Source: Tubiluchus corallicola
Lineage: Eukaryota; Animalia; Priapulida
NCBI GenBank assembly: GCA_030141605.1
Contig: JAQGDQ010000733.1
Coordinates: 41,737 to 105,736 of the forward strand
DNA: 64,000 nucleotides
Reading direction: 5' to 3'
The notes under the pieces are model-generated. The model worked only from the letters and a program-made list of their open reading frames with translations, was not told the DNA's origin and searched no databases. Positions within the stretch are counted from its first letter, which is position 1; each line of letters starts with the position of its first letter. Of this stretch, positions 13,131-27,284 are shown one piece after another. A program made the position numbers and the translations under genes.

Positions 13131-14094
13131 AATGATATTTTGAGAAACCACTGTTCCCTTCATCAGGTTACACAAAATTAATTGCACAGATTTCCAGAAT
13201 GTAGTAAGCAAGTAAACAAATTCATACAACAAAATGGAAGGACAGAATGGCTGCTATGATTAGGTACATACAGAAAAAGTACTGTGGAAGTACATTGTAG
13301 TTAGGTGCTGCCATCTATGTGCTAATCTTGTTACATTCTACCAGCTGACTTACCTTCAGTATAATTGTATGGTCCAGTGACTACATACACACTGGTCCTC
13401 TCCCTATCTAAAATTAATGGTTGTTGTGAAGCCTGTGCAACTCTGCATAGGTCAAGTTCTATACGTGTATTCTGACTGTGAAACAGGTTTTACTGACTGT
13501 TTTTGCTTTCTAGTTTTTGCTCAATGTTCAGTGCAGCAGTTTTGCTACTCATGTTTTCTGTAGTTCAATAAACACTTTTCTGTTGTGTGCAGAGCAAATA
13601 TTTATTATAGATTTTTGGTTCCTATCCATACTTCTCTGTGTCTAAACTCAATCATAACAAAGTGACTCAACAATAACTTCAGAAATGACTTTCACACATT
13701 ACCTCTTAATTAGACATCTGTATTCTGCAGGCATTAAAGTGCAATTGTTAAACAAATTTAGCTTACAATTGTTCCATTCTGGAATTCTACGTGATTAAAT
13801 TTATGTAACCCGACGAGGGGACCAGTGAGTTTCTTGAAATATTAATGCTAATAAATCTTGTTGTGGTTAACTATTATTTTCTTTTTATTATAGATACACA
13901 ACAGCGTTCACAAATTTCTAAAATGTCTTATCATGGGAGTTTATATGTATAGCTTTTGTTGGCATTAATAATTTTTTACTGCGTGTTTGCACATTATGCA
14001 CTGTAAGAAGATGCTGTTGTCTCCTACCGAAAAAGGTAGAAGATACTAACAAGTAACTAAAATCACGTTACATGATGGAATCATCAAGTAAGTG

Positions 14095-14720
14095 CAGGGA
14101 CGTATTGACCAATGGGCAAACTAGGCCATAGCCTAAGGCCCAAAGTTTGAGCGGCGCAACGTTTTAGGCACCCAATTTTAAAAAAATTCTTATTCTCCTC
14201 GGAAAATGTGTATCCGTTCATATTCATGTAAAACACATTGTTTAACACACCACAGGCAGTTATGGAGACAAGTTGCTATATAAGTGCCAAATATTGAGCA
14301 AGTACAAGTTATTACACAACAAGCAGTTGCCAAGCCTGGTTACATATAAGCGCAGTTGTATACGTGTAATTAACGATGAACATATGTAAACTAGGTTAAT
14401 AGTATTACTAATACACTACAAATAATTGTTTATTCTGTTCCCTACATTATCAATGATAAATTCACAGTACAGATAAGTGGGACAGATCTAGGAAACTAGG
14501 TTAATAGTATTACTAATACACCACAAGTAATTGTTCCATACATTATCAATGATAAATTCACAGTACAGATGAGTAGGACAGATCTAGGAAACTAGTATTA
14601 CTAATATGCCACAAGTAGTTGTTTATTCTACCAGTACATTATCAATCATAAATTCACAATGCAGATAAGTTGGACAGATCTATCAGCCTACAGCGTCATG
14701 AAGTCTTGATACGCCTCTGA
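14095..14720 (+). mobile_element. MITE family E with an internal ~105-bp triplication; second copy at ~51957-52864
   Basis: CAGGGACGTATTGAC...TTGATACGCCTCTG termini; colinear homology between the copies. Confidence 0.7.
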
Positions 14721-14860
14721 GGAAGTGTATGTAGCACTGCTGTTTTGCAATAACCTTAACAAGTGCTTTGTTTTACGTTTATTCCACCATGCTTATATGC
14801 ATCTTATATGTTATTCTACATGACTGGTGTCATATATATATATATATAGTGTGTTTACAG

Positions 14861-14953
14861 GGCTACAGAGGTACGTGGCGGGAGGAATGGGTCCGACAAA
14901 TAAAACATTGTCACTGTCGCCGTCTGTCGAAGAGCCAGCGTTTAGAAACATCA
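14861..14953 (+). CDS. MTR: MTR exon 4 ([22 protein letters not shown]...)
   Basis: AG/GT boundaries, 93 nt, conserved GPTNKT. Confidence 0.95.
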
Positions 14954-16329
14954 GTAAGTGAGACTTATTTTGGGAATTTTTTGTACGCTTCTGCGTGCTG
15001 GAAACTGGAACCTTGCAGTCATGGCAGGGCATGTTTATTATTGGTTGTAGCAGGACCGGTACCTGTCTTACGATCCAGGATAATCCGTTAATATCAGATG
15101 GTGAATTAGCTGAGATATCTTCGCCACGTTCGGATATTTATACAGTTTGCGCTAATTAATAGACTCACGGTTAATAGACTCAAAAATGCCTAGCACGGGC
15201 CGCTTCTATTCAAATGTAAATAAAAACTGTCGGTAATTGACTCAAATAACTCCACATAATTGACTCAATATTTTTGCTTCACATGCTTCAATAAGACACT
15301 TTCGTGTGACTAATAAGCTTTTATGACTTTTATATCATCTTAGTTTGCTTTTGCCCTATAATACGCATAGAAACAATCATGTTAAGAACCGTTTTGTTTG
15401 TAAGCAAGAACGTTTATCATACGCTAATATGCTAGCCTAATGGTTTGCTTTGGCCCACTACAATTAACCTCGTTACCCAAGAATTCCTGGAAGCTAAACA
15501 TTTAATCACTTGCTTAGCCCTTTTCTTTTGAAGGTCTGGTTGTCTTTTCCAGAAAGTTTAATCAGTTAGTTGTTGCTGTTATGCTAGGGACACAGGTACA
15601 GGTACAGTACAGTACATACGTCACGATAGCAAGCGTGACGATAGCTTTGTCACCCAAAGCTTGGCTTTGACACTGCTACAGTGTTTATTGTCTGACCACT
15701 GCCTGACTTGACTCTTAAATGTTAATGAAAGAGAAACCTCTAGCTAGGTAAGTAAGATTTGTAGCAGGTTTCAAGCAAGCATAAAGAAATTAATCATTAG
15801 AAACACGAGTGAAACCCATAAAACTGTTAATTTACATGATTTAATCAGCATTGAATTTTGCCACTGGAACGTATCTCAGTTCTTTTACATTACTTTCTAT
15901 GGAAGTCTGGATAGTTGAAATTTTCTGCTTTGGTAAGAAAGTTATGTGGGTCTCAAGCAAACAGAAAGAAATTAATCAGTAGAAATTTGAATAAAACTCA
16001 TAAAACATTTTAATTTATGTGATTTAAGCGACACTGATTTGTCCTCTGGAACGCATGGCATGTTAATTCTTTAATTCTTCTACTTTACTTTCCGTGAATG
16101 TCTTGGCTTCGTTTAACAACGTTTCACTTAACGTCGTGTTTTGCTGGAACGCATTAGCGTCGTTAAGGACTTTCTGTAACTGGAAAGGAAAATTCTTGGC
16201 AGTTTAAAATGTTTGTGCATTAGTGTTATGTTAATAACATTTAACTGGCTCACCTTCCCAGTGTGCACCACTGACTCACCAAAAAAACGCATCATTGATC
16301 ACAATGACAATATAAAGAAGAAATTGGGG

Positions 16330-16821
16330 GTATATCGAACAATGAGGTTGATGAAATTAGGGTAAAATGGAACACTGCTTATAAAAAAATATTCGATTTT
16401 AGACAAAATGAAAGCGTCAAATTGTTAATGTATTTTTGTGGCACAATGCCTGCGAATTATTTAATAGATAGTCGAAAATTAAACTTTGTGAGAAAAATTG
16501 TAAACTCTTGCACATTGAGAATTCCAAAGCTATGCTATTATGTAAATAACAGTCAAGTAAATTTAAGATTTAAATATGGCTGTACTGTAGATCTAAACGA
16601 AAATGTAAAATTAAAGGTTAAGAACTCATTCAAAGATTGTTTTAAGATATCTATTATAGCTCCTTACAACACTGCACAATGTAATATAATTACAACGGAA
16701 CTACAATGTGTGGTTATTATAAAGTTGAATGTCTGTAGATATGTTACTTTACTAACATCGCATTACCTGTTTTACTAACATCTTTATCTTTGTAAACTGT
16801 ATATTTTTATACGAAATAAAC

Positions 16822-16861
<40 letters not shown>
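16330..16861 (+). mobile_element. Degenerate LINE 3' fragment with (TAA)n tail
   Basis: RT C-terminal-like translation (WNTAYKKIF...RKLNF), then AATAAA-like signal and (TAA)n. Confidence 0.6.
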
Positions 16862-16862
<1 letters not shown>

Positions 16863-17106
16863 GAGAATTTTTCTGACACCTAAAGTATGAACAAACAATT
16901 TTTTTCACATATAGTCTCTGTATCTTGTGTGTGATTTTGATGAGTCGGATTTGAATTCATGAAGTTTTGGGAAAGACGTTTTGTTAAGTTTTTTGTGCGT
17001 CCAGCCGTGGAATTGAATGTACGACCTCTGACACAGCTGGCACACTTCCACCTTTTGTGAGGAATTGTTGTATTGTAATACATTTTTTGCTTTTTCTTTT
17101 TTTTAG

Positions 17107-17213
17107 ATTTTGATGAATTGGTGGCAGCGTACAAAGAACAGGCTGAAGGATTGGTAGATGGTGGTGCAGACATTTTACTCGTAGAGACAATATTTGATAC
17201 GGCCAATGCAAAG
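17107..17213 (+). CDS. MTR: MTR exon 5 ([11 protein letters not shown]...[10 protein letters not shown])
   Basis: AG/GT boundaries, 107 nt. Confidence 0.95.
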
Positions 17214-17263
17214 GTTTAGCTTCTATCTTTGTGTTACTTATTCTTGAATGAATGATACAAGAG

Positions 17264-17510
17264 CAGGGCCTATTTCAGCCTAGGCGAGGCCAAGGGGAAG
17301 TGGGGCATGTGAGGGCCCATGGGGGGAAGCGTCGTGGGTGGGCGCTACCGTGATTGGCGCCCAGGAATTTTTGAACTGCTATAACGCTGGAGAAGCATTT
17401 TCGAAGAGAAAATATGGAGTTATACAGTTGTTAAAGGAAAGAACAATTGAAAGAAAAACTGCTTCATTCTCAAGACCAGTCCTTAATACTTGTCAATACT
17501 GGCAAACAGT

Positions 17511-17597
<87 letters not shown>

Positions 17598-17643
17598 AAG
17601 AGAGAGAGAGAGAAAGACAGAGAGAAAGAGAGGGAGGGAGAGG

Positions 17644-17738
<95 letters not shown>

Positions 17739-17849
17739 GAGGCAGTATGTTCGTATAAAGCAAAAAATGTTACCTTGGCGCGAGGCCCCCCTGGAGGGTG
17801 AGGCCCCGGGGAAGTATCCCCACTTCCTCCCCTTGAAATAGGCCCCTTG
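17264..17849 (+). mobile_element. hAT-like MITE family C, copy 1, with an expanded (GA)n tract at 17515-17742
   Basis: TIR CAGGGCCTATTTCA; near-TSD ACAAGAG; reverse copy at 28927. Confidence 0.85.
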
Positions 17850-19244
17850 AAACAAGAGTGCTTGTTATATTATTTTTCTTTAGAATTAGGATATTTTCGT
17901 ACTTGTTTATTTTAAAACTTATAGGAAGACAGGATGATTTTTCATATGCCACCCATTTTCAAGTACGGTAAAAAGTATACATATTAATACAATTAATACT
18001 GATAATTTCTGATAATTAAATTGTAGTTTAAAATCTTAATTAACGACAGGCGAGCCCGACTGTTGATGACGTCACAAACTAACATCATTTTTAACATCAA
18101 AAACATTCTACAAGCGTGTTTGCGAAAGCAAAGATTGAAGTACTGTGTTACTATAAGATATTCAGAGTCTAATACTAAAACTAGGCAAGTTTTAAGATAA
18201 AAATTCAAATTTCAAATTGCTGTTGAATATGTGCAGTTCGTCATGAACTAACGCATCTGAACTGAGAGGTGCAGCACCTTTTTTGTCCAATGCGTTTCCG
18301 AAATGCAGGTGCTAGTCTAACTAGCAAATGGGGAAATGCATGGAACAGCTAAGAACTAGTGGCGCAAACGTGAAATTACGTTTATGTGGTAATAATTCTT
18401 TCAGGTAAGTCATTTTTAAAAAAATAGTATGTTTCCTTTCAATATTTTAAAGAGTAGATTGTTTGACCTACGGTTTAAAATTGGGTCCAGTTTTGCTTTT
18501 ATGAACTATAAATATGTTGAGTAGAAAATATGCAAAATAACTAGTCTATTATTTACTAATCTTATGCAATAGATCTACAATGTACCTAGCTTTACATTTT
18601 TTACATACCAGACTGAAATCTTACTTTTGCACATGTCCTTAAAATTTTCTGGTGTGTTTAACTTTTTACGGCAGTTATTGCACTGTTGATGAAATTAGGG
18701 ATAAGGTTAGATCAGGGTAGTCGTAACTCCTTCAGGACCACGCCATTCAAAATAGGTGTTATAAGACGTATGCTTGCTACAGCCCAAATTGTGCAGAGTT
18801 CTGCTGCTATTCCAGGAAAAACCAACCAACAAGCCAGGGACAAATTAAGGTGGTTCCATCTTTTAACAGGAATTTCTCCTTAAAAATAGAGTAGACTTGC
18901 GTCCAAAGTTTATCAGAGTGTTGTGTCTGGTGGTTGAAATTTTCCGCATTAGTCGATTTCACAAAGTGATGCTGTACTTTGTTACAGTGCAGATACTGGA
19001 AGCTTTTTTTTAATTTATTCGTCAAAAATCGATTTTTAATTTGTCTAGGGTAAGCAAATGCATTTCAAATATAATTTTACTTGAAAATCCATTGTGTGAG
19101 GAGTAGGGACATCAAATGTAATGTAATTGTTGCGTAGTAAGAGCAACTTCTTACGATTCTGAAGGAGTTAACGCATGGGCATGCTGAGTTGTTCCCCGGG
19201 GAAACTCATGAGCATGGAGCCCCCTATGCTTCCAATAAATAATA

Positions 19245-19735
19245 TACTATACTATACTATGCTACTATAGTATGCTATGCTATACTCTACTGTACTGTAC
19301 TGTACGGTACTGCACACTATACTGTTCTATACTATACTGTACTATACTATACTATGCTGTGCTGTGCTGTGCTATGCTATGCTATGCTATACTAATCTAT
19401 ACTATACTACACTACACTACACTACACTACACTACACTACACTACACTACACTACACTACACTACACTACACTACACTACACTACACTACACTACACTAC
19501 ACTACACTACACTACACTACTATGCTATGCTATACGCTACGTGATGCGATGCTATACTATAATATGGTATGCTATGGCATGCTATGCTATGCTATGCTAT
19601 GCTATGCTATGCTATGCTATACTATACTATGCTATACTATGCAATGCTATGCTATGCTATACTATACTATACTATATTATGCTATGCTATGCTATACTAT
19701 ACTATACTATACTTGTACTATTCTATACTATACTA
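19245..19735. repeat. Compound pentamer/decamer microsatellite (TACTA, TGCTA, ACACTACACT-like)
   Basis: Direct inspection. Confidence 0.95.
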
Positions 19736-20119
19736 TTAATATTTGTTATTAATAGTATCATGGTCACCTCTGTAACCTCACACGCATGTGAGTGATCTTA
19801 CATAACGCAACAAAAACATTTCTAAGACACCCAAAATGCCTTCTGTTCGCAAACGCTTCGATTAATCATGGATGACCACACATTTGTCCATCATAAAGGC
19901 AAAGTTCTGCTCTCGCACTGCCTCTCCCTGGGAAAAGGCAATTGGGGCCACAGCTCCTTTGCTTCCGTGGCTCCGCCACCCCTGTGTAGGGGTCCCTGTG
20001 CACAGCTTTCCCTATAATGTTGTTAAGATGCCTCTGGGTTAGAATGATGACATCTTAGTATTTAAATAAATTAGTTCTCATGCTCATAGATTTAATGAAG
20101 TAATAATTTTTTATTCCAG

Positions 20120-20179
20120 GCAGCTTTGTATGCCATTCAGCTGTTGTTTGATGAAAGACAGAAGCAATGGCCGGTTTTT
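20120..20179 (+). CDS. MTR: MTR exon 6 (AALYAIQLLFDERQKQWPVF)
   Basis: AG/GT boundaries, 60 nt. Confidence 0.9.
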
Positions 20180-20654
20180 GTAAGCACATGATTTAATTAA
20201 TATTCACACATTGCTGTAATTGTGTCTTGTTAGTTAAGGTGAACAAGTTCTGAGACTGTCATGTAAATGAAAAGTGTTCAAAAATTTACTTTTGTTCACG
20301 TTGAAGAATTGTTTTCTATATTCATCTGTATGCTACTGTATCAGTACCAAAAAGTGCAACACTTTTAAATATCTAATGAACATTTTCGTAATTTTGTTTG
20401 TGCCTGATTAAAAGTTGCAATCTTTTTTTATATAGTATTCTTTTGTATGCGAAATTGTTATTGAAACTTAGCTGTAAAGGTGACAACAATTTTTTTATTA
20501 TTCCGTACGTTTTTTTATTATTTACGAATTGATGCGACAAACCCAGGAATGATTAAATTTTGACACAAAACTCGAAAGACGGGAAATGTGAAAAATTGAG
20601 ATGTAGTCTAAATTTGAACCAGGGACCTTACAAGGTCACTGCCGCAACCACAAG

Positions 20655-22200
20655 GTCAATATGTTTCCCAGTGACTGTGGCAGTTCAAAGTTCAAGAGCT
20701 GGTAAACCATTTCAGCATTTCTAACGTTAGATGTCTCTCACTAAAGTCACTATGTTTCCCATTGACTGTGGCAGGTCAAAGTTCAAGAGCTGGTCAACCA
20801 TTTCAGCATTTCTAACGTTAGATGTCTCTGACTAAAGTCACTATGTTTCCCAGTGACTGTGGCAGTTCAAAGTTCAAGAGCTGGTCAACCATTTCAGTAT
20901 TTCTAACGTTAGACGTCTCTCGCTAAAGTCACTATGTTTCCCATTGACTGTGGCAGTTCAAAGTTCAAGAGCTGGTCAACCGTTTCAGTATTTCTAACGT
21001 TAGATGTGTCTCACTAAAGTCACTATGTTTCCCAATGGCTGTGGAAGTTCAAAGTTCAAGAGCTGGTCAACCATTTCAGTATTTCTAACGTTAGATGTGT
21101 CTCACTAAAGTCACTATGTTTCCCAGTGACTGTGGCAGTTCAAAGTTCAAGAGCTGGTCAACCATTTCAGTATTTCTAACATAAGATGTCTCTCACTAAA
21201 GTCACTATGTTTCCCATTGACTGTGCAGGTCAAAGTTCAAGAGCTGGTCAACCATTTCAGTATTTCTAACGTTAGATGTCTCTCACTAAAGTCAATATGT
21301 TTCCCAGTGACTGTGGCAGTTCAAAGTTCAAGAGCTGGTCAACCATTTCAGTATTTCTAACGTAAGATGTCTCTCACTAAAGTCACTATGTTTCCCAGTG
21401 ACTGTGGCAGTTCAAAGTTCAAGAGCTGGTCAACCATTTCAGTATTTCTAACGTTAGATGTCTCTCACTAAAGTCAATATGTTTCCCATTGACTGTGGCA
21501 GGTCAAAGTTCAAGAGCTGGTCAACCATTTCAGCATTTCTAACGTTAGATGTCTCTCACTAAAGTCAATATGTTTCCCATTGACTGTGGCAGGTCAAAGT
21601 TCAAGAGCTCGTCAACCATTTCAGTATTTCTAACGTTAGATGTGTCTCACTAAAGTCACTATGTTTCCCAGTGACTGTGGCAGTTCAAAGTTCAAGAGCT
21701 GGTCAACCATTTCAGTATTTCTAACATAAGATGTGTCTCACTAAAGTCAATATGTTTCCCATTGACTGTGGCAGGTCAAAGTTCAAGAGCTGGTCAACCT
21801 TTTCAGCATTTCTAACGTTAGATGTCTCTCACTAAAGTCAATATGTTTCCCATTGACTGTGGAAGTTCAAAGTTCAAGAGCTGGTCAACCTTTTCAGCAT
21901 TTCTAATGTTAGATGTGTCTCACTAAAGTCAATATGTTTCCCATTGACTGTGGCAGTTCAAAGTTCAAGAGCTGGTCAACCTTTTCAGCATTTCTAACGT
22001 TAGATGTGTCTCGCTAAAGTCAATATGTTTCCCAGTGACTGGGCAGTTCAAAGTTCAAGAGCTGGTCAACCATTTCAGTATTTCTAACATTAGATGTCTC
22101 TCACTAAAGTCACTATGTTTCCCATTGACTGTGGCAGGTCAAAGTTCAAGAGCTGGTCAACCTTTTCAGCATTTCTAATGTTAGATGTCTCTCACTAAAG
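20655..22200. repeat. 91-bp satellite, about 17 copies
   Basis: atgtttccc recurs at 20661, 20752 and onward. Confidence 0.97.
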
Positions 22201-22239
22201 TGATAATAAAAATCACCTAATTAGTTAGAAGTGGTGCCA

Positions 22240-22607
22240 TTGTCGGTGAGACTTAAAGGGAAAGTCCACAAAGAAGTGGTCAGACCCGCTCTAATATATG
22301 GGCTGGAAGCAGCTTCTCTAAAGAAGACCGAAGAGAAGAAAATGGGTGTGGTGGAGATGAGGATGTTGAGATGGATGGTGGGAATAACAAGAAGAGATAA
22401 AATTAGAAATAATAATATCAGAGGAACAGTAAAAGTAGTGGAAGCCTCGCAAGATTGCGATGGTATGGACACCTGAAAAGAAGAGTCGGTGAAGATCATG
22501 TGGGAAGGGAAGACACAAATGAAGAGATGGTCAACAACAGGAATGCGTGGAGAAGACTCATTCACAACGGCGACCCCGAATAGGGAAAAACTGGGAAGAA
22601 AAAGAAA
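22240..22607 (+). mobile_element. 5'-truncated RTE-clade LINE
   Basis: LKGKVHKEVVRPALIYG...EMRMLRW...RRDKIRN; GAA-rich tail; 15-bp TSD TTAGAAGTGGTGCCA at 22225 and 22608. Confidence 0.9.
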
Positions 22608-23288
22608 TTAGAAGTGGTGCCAGCCTAGTAGTTGTGACACCAGCTTGTAAGCCGTAAGTCCCTGGTTCAAACTCAGGCTGTTCCAAGCTTTTCACATTTC
22701 CTATCTTTAGAGTTTGTTTTCAGAATGTAACTAATTCTGGCCTTGTAGCATCATTAGTGATAGTTGATATAAGGATTGAAATTGTAGATGTAAGTGTGAC
22801 CTGGGTCTATTTAACATTGAAAAATAATGATTTAGTTTCCACGTATAGTAAACTGGAATGGTAATTTGTGAAATCGCACTCAATGTCCGGAATTTTGCCA
22901 AATTTTCATCATGCCACTTCCACCCACTCTGTTAGTGTCTCTGAGAGGCATTTATCACAACTTCAAAAGTCTCAGTTGAATTTTCATATAAACCACTGAT
23001 CTTTATTTATCGTTGCGGCATAAATGAAAACGTAACTAGGTCAATGCACACACTTTAAACTTTCTAGCTAGATGGAGCCACCTTGGCTACAAAATTAAAA
23101 TTTATTAAGTTAGGTTCACACTGGCGTCAATACACTCATTTGCGCATTTATCATTTATGAAAGAAAATGGCGTTCGGGTCAGTGACGGATTCACCGTGTC
23201 AGTAGCAATTTCGGTGTAATTTGGTGGTTATTTTGTTGCTAATCAGTCGAACTACATTGTGTAGGTTTTGAGGAAGCAGTGTATATCA

Positions 23289-24085
23289 TAGGTTACCATA
23301 TTGTCTGAGTTGAAAAAGAGAACACTTTTTCGCACACTTGTAGGTAGGCAAAAATGACCAGTGTAGGGTCTATTAAAACAATGCAAAATAAAATGCAAAT
23401 TATACAAATAGGCCTACATGTATTCTAATAGCAATACCAAATGGCGATACTGCAAAAAAACATTAACACACTGCAACTGTCAGTCGCCTGCTTCTTCTTG
23501 GCTCTTAGAAACAGTTACGCTTGAACTTGACTGAGCCCGAGGCTTAATCGAGCATTCGGCTTCCCAGTAATACTGACCTGCGCGAAAACACGGGTACTTG
23601 GCCTTCATTTCATCTGTAAATGCACACTGTCGTTTCGGCATTGCTACTTTCTAATTAACTTTTACCAGTTGCTCAAAACTACAAAACAGCGAAACTATAC
23701 AAATTTAAAAAAATCACATAAAAACAAACAAAACGGCTCCCGGAAGCTGACGTCATTTTAAGTCGTTAGCGAATACGCCGAGTATCGACAGCGGTGTGAG
23801 TCGTGCGATCTATAGTGATGTGCGCATCGCTTACTTTTGTTCAGTAAATATGTACACAAAGCTTTTACAAGGGTTGCATTTTGAGATGTTAGCAACATCT
23901 TGTATTGAAAATTAACGAGCTTTTCTTTGTCTCGTACTGTCGTACGCCTCCGCAGTTGGCAACGTCCGTACATACTCACGGATTGAGGCAAAACCCGGAC
24001 AAACTGCCGATTTTTTGAAAACCCGCCTGGACAGAGGCCCAAAAAGAGGACGTGTCCGGGGAAACCAGGATGTATGGTGTCCCTA
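23289..24085 (+). mobile_element. hAT-like (TAGGG-type) non-autonomous element family F
   Basis: Termini TAGGTTACCATA...TATGGTGTCCCTA; flanking direct repeat TGTATATCA; truncated relative at ~53900-54170. Confidence 0.8.
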
Positions 24086-24925
24086 TGTATATCAGAGTAA
24101 TGATTCCGAAGAGAATAAACGACTAATTATATCATAATATTACTGAGGTATATATTTTCATTACTGAACGAGTTGAATTCGCTTTGGTTGTGTTTCATAA
24201 ATCAACAATTGGAGGAACTGGTACAATGGTCAACATAGGAATTCATCACCCGTTAAGGTGGATTCATAGATATAAACATAGGACATTTATTTTCTCCAAT
24301 TAGTTCAACATCAAAAGTTTTTTAAATATTAAGTAATTATAATCATGGAGCAGGGCAGGGAAGGACCATAGGTTCATCTAGTCTCCTGCCCTTTCTTATA
24401 AATAGATTAGTATATTAAAAATTAACGGTGATGCTGCAGATAACAAAAACAAATAAGAAAAAAATAATAAAAACAGTATAAATGATACAAATTATCCAAA
24501 AAGAACTGAAAACAAAAAAATAATAAAGTTAGATAGCTAAATCTAAACAAAACAATACAATTATTCAGTAATTAGGATTATCATATGTAGTAGTTTCAAA
24601 TGGGGTCTTATTAACAGGGGAATTTGACCAAGGTTAGTGAGTAAAGTTAAAAACTGAGAGTATGGAAAGAAAAAATAAGCATCAAAAAGTGTAATATTGA
24701 AAAATTTATGAGAAAAAGTAACTATGAGAAAGAGCAACAATTACTTAGGAGATGAGGAGAAAAAAGAAAAAAAACTTGCTAGCTTGCTTATTAGTCTTAC
24801 AAGTTATGTACTACAGGTATATCCATTTAGTAAGATTTTTGTGTATTTTTTGGAAGCAGAAAATAAGCTACCTTCAAAGGTATCTTTTGGCAATGAATTC
24901 AACCAGAAATCTCTTTACCGTTTAG

Positions 24926-25020
24926 GTTTCTGGAACAATCGTGGATCAAAGTGGAAGAACTCTCTCCGGTCAGACTGGTGAAGCGTTTGCAATAAGCGTT
25001 TCACACGTACAGCCATTGTG
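24926..25020 (+). CDS. MTR: MTR exon 7 ([17 protein letters not shown]...)
   Basis: AG/GT boundaries, 95 nt. Confidence 0.95.
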
Positions 25021-25399
25021 GTGCGTGCCCGTTTTTTTATTTGTTTTTATTTGCCAATTTTGTTTCAGTTTGGTGGAGTTAGATTGTTATGTTTTGTTTA
25101 TTTGCTTTATTTATTTTTGTTCCTGATTTCTTGCATCGTAAATCTGAAATTCGCTTGTGCAATAAGCAAGTAAGATGTTGTAGCTTAATATAGTCAGAAC
25201 TTAAAATAAATGCCCTTTCATTTTTTATAAATATCAAAATCCACAACTTAAGCTGAATTCAATTCAATTCAATAGATTTATTTCGCAATATACGTATGCA
25301 TTACAAGTACATTGATAATCAATTTTAGGATATAATTCATGAATGACTGGACTTTTACTTTAAAGCAGCAAATAAAACTATATATTTTTTCTTTTTCAG

Positions 25400-25562
25400 T
25401 TTAGGATTGAATTGTGCTTTGGGTGCGACTCAGATGAGACCGTTTATCGAGCGAATAGGCAACGTGACCAAGAGCTTTGTCATATGTTATCCAAATGCCG
25501 GCCTGCCGAATGCTTTTGGCGGTTACGATGAAACGCCGGAAAAAATGGCGGCTCACATGAGG
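25400..25562 (+). CDS. MTR: MTR exon 8 (LGLNCALG...YPNAGLPN...MR)
   Basis: Zn-ligand GLNC motif; 163 nt; AG/GT boundaries. Confidence 0.95.
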
Positions 25563-26258
25563 GTGAGTAAGACTAAATGCATCCTGCAGGTTTTTCGATG
25601 TTTTTTAAGAATAAAATATTCTGAGACTGTAGTTTAGGATGAATTAAGATAAGTAATGAGAATAGTTTTACTTTAGTCAAAAGACCTATGAAATATATAA
25701 ATATAGTAAGACGACATAAGTTCGCTTGCATAGCAATATCGTCCACAAATCGGCAAATAAGTTTTTCTAGTCATCCACATATCCTGAATCTCTATTTCAT
25801 GAGGATCATTTTGATACCAAGTTCATCGCTCTATGTTATTTCTAAACTGACATAATCCACTGTGAAGTTGAGGTGCAAGCTATGCAGTTAAAAACATAAT
25901 CTTGAAATCGTTAGGAAAGTTGGCCATTGCCTTTTGTCGCGTCTCTACAAAGCACTTAGCAACCGTGCAAACTTTGGTTGCTACGGACTTCGCAAAAGCA
26001 CATTGAAGTTATGTTTAAATTTAGTAGATGGCTCTTCCCGTAAGAATTTCACACATTAATGTCAATCATCAGTCACACGTCATCATACAGTATATGTATC
26101 AATTCTACATTAATATGATTACTGCAATAAAAAAGTGACAATGCCGTCAGCAAATAGATTAATGTTGGATCTGCCCTTCCCCTGAAAAGAGATACATCAG
26201 TACCTAAGCATTCCTGACTAGACGTCGAGATTTGAGTGACCGTCGTTTCAGTCACACT

Positions 26259-26569
26259 TGTGGAGTTTATTCTGGAATATTCCATTGTATAGTAGAACAA
26301 TCTTCTTATCTCGTAGAAGTTTCTAGAACTTTCTATTTCTAGATTATTCCCTGGCACTGATATATAAGGCGGAGCTGGCCACTCAAGTTTATCAGATTCT
26401 CAGATACGCTTTCTCGCTTTCACGTTTCCAGATTACCACATTTACTGTAAACATTTCGCGTTCCTTCATACTTTTGTCTTGTAGAATTCTCGTATAATAA
26501 ACTAGTTTAATTTGACGACGTGTTTTCTGGTTTTGTCTACGAGCCTTCCGAGAGAAACAAAACACAACA
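26259..26569 (+). mobile_element. Probable solo LTR; partial copy at ~45790-45973
   Basis: TGT...ACA termini, TATATAA box, flanks ACACT/ACACC; the second copy ends at the same aaacacaaca. Confidence 0.6.
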
Positions 26570-26796
26570 ACACCACAAAGCTTACAAGAGAAGTGAGCAG
26601 ATTTATCCCGGTACATTCCGTATCCACGATAAATTTCCAAATAATTTGATTCGTTCCGCTAGAACTGTTGAATCGTCGTCGTACATTTCTGAGGATTTCT
26701 GAAAAGAGGAACAGTCTATTCATCTGTAAATGATAACAGTCACTGCACAATTTCTTATGTTTGGGCATCATTATAAATGATATTGTTATGTGCTAG

Positions 26797-26864
26797 GATT
26801 TCGCACGCGATGGACTGGTGAACATTATCGGCGGCTGTTGCGGAACTACGCCCGATCATATCAG
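26797..26864 (+). CDS. MTR: MTR exon 9 (DFARDGLVNIIGGCCGTTPDHI)
   Basis: GGCC Zn-binding motif; 68 nt. Confidence 0.96.
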
Positions 26865-27284
26865 GTAGGCTTAGTTTACGTATCTGAAAATGTTTTTCGT
26901 TTGAAATTGAAGGAGAGGACAAGTCATATGGCATGTTGGTTTACCACTATCACTTTAACTTAGAAAAATGTAGTAAAGAAATTGCTAAAACTTGTCTATA
27001 AAGCATAAACTTAATTTATGCTACCGCTGTATGGAAATTTTCAGGTAGCAGCAATTCACTTGAAAATTACGACATAACTGGTGGACTTTGTGACTTTTCG
27101 TAAGCAGATTGTGACTTTTCGTAAGCTTGCTGCTTAAACTAATTCAAACTTCTGCAGCTTACCTAATATTCGCGCAAAAATATCACAAAATTAGCTATCA
27201 TACTTTTGACGGAAATTGACAGTGCGCTGCTTTTCTTTAGTCTATGAAAGACATCATTGGTGGAAAAATGGGCTTTCCAACCGA

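Noticed and set aside
17338-17855. ER/LS-rich ORFs (also 31346-31664 and 51495-51971) and His/Met- or Tyr/Thr-rich ORFs (46310-46681, 19272-19795)
   Set aside because: Microsatellite translations.
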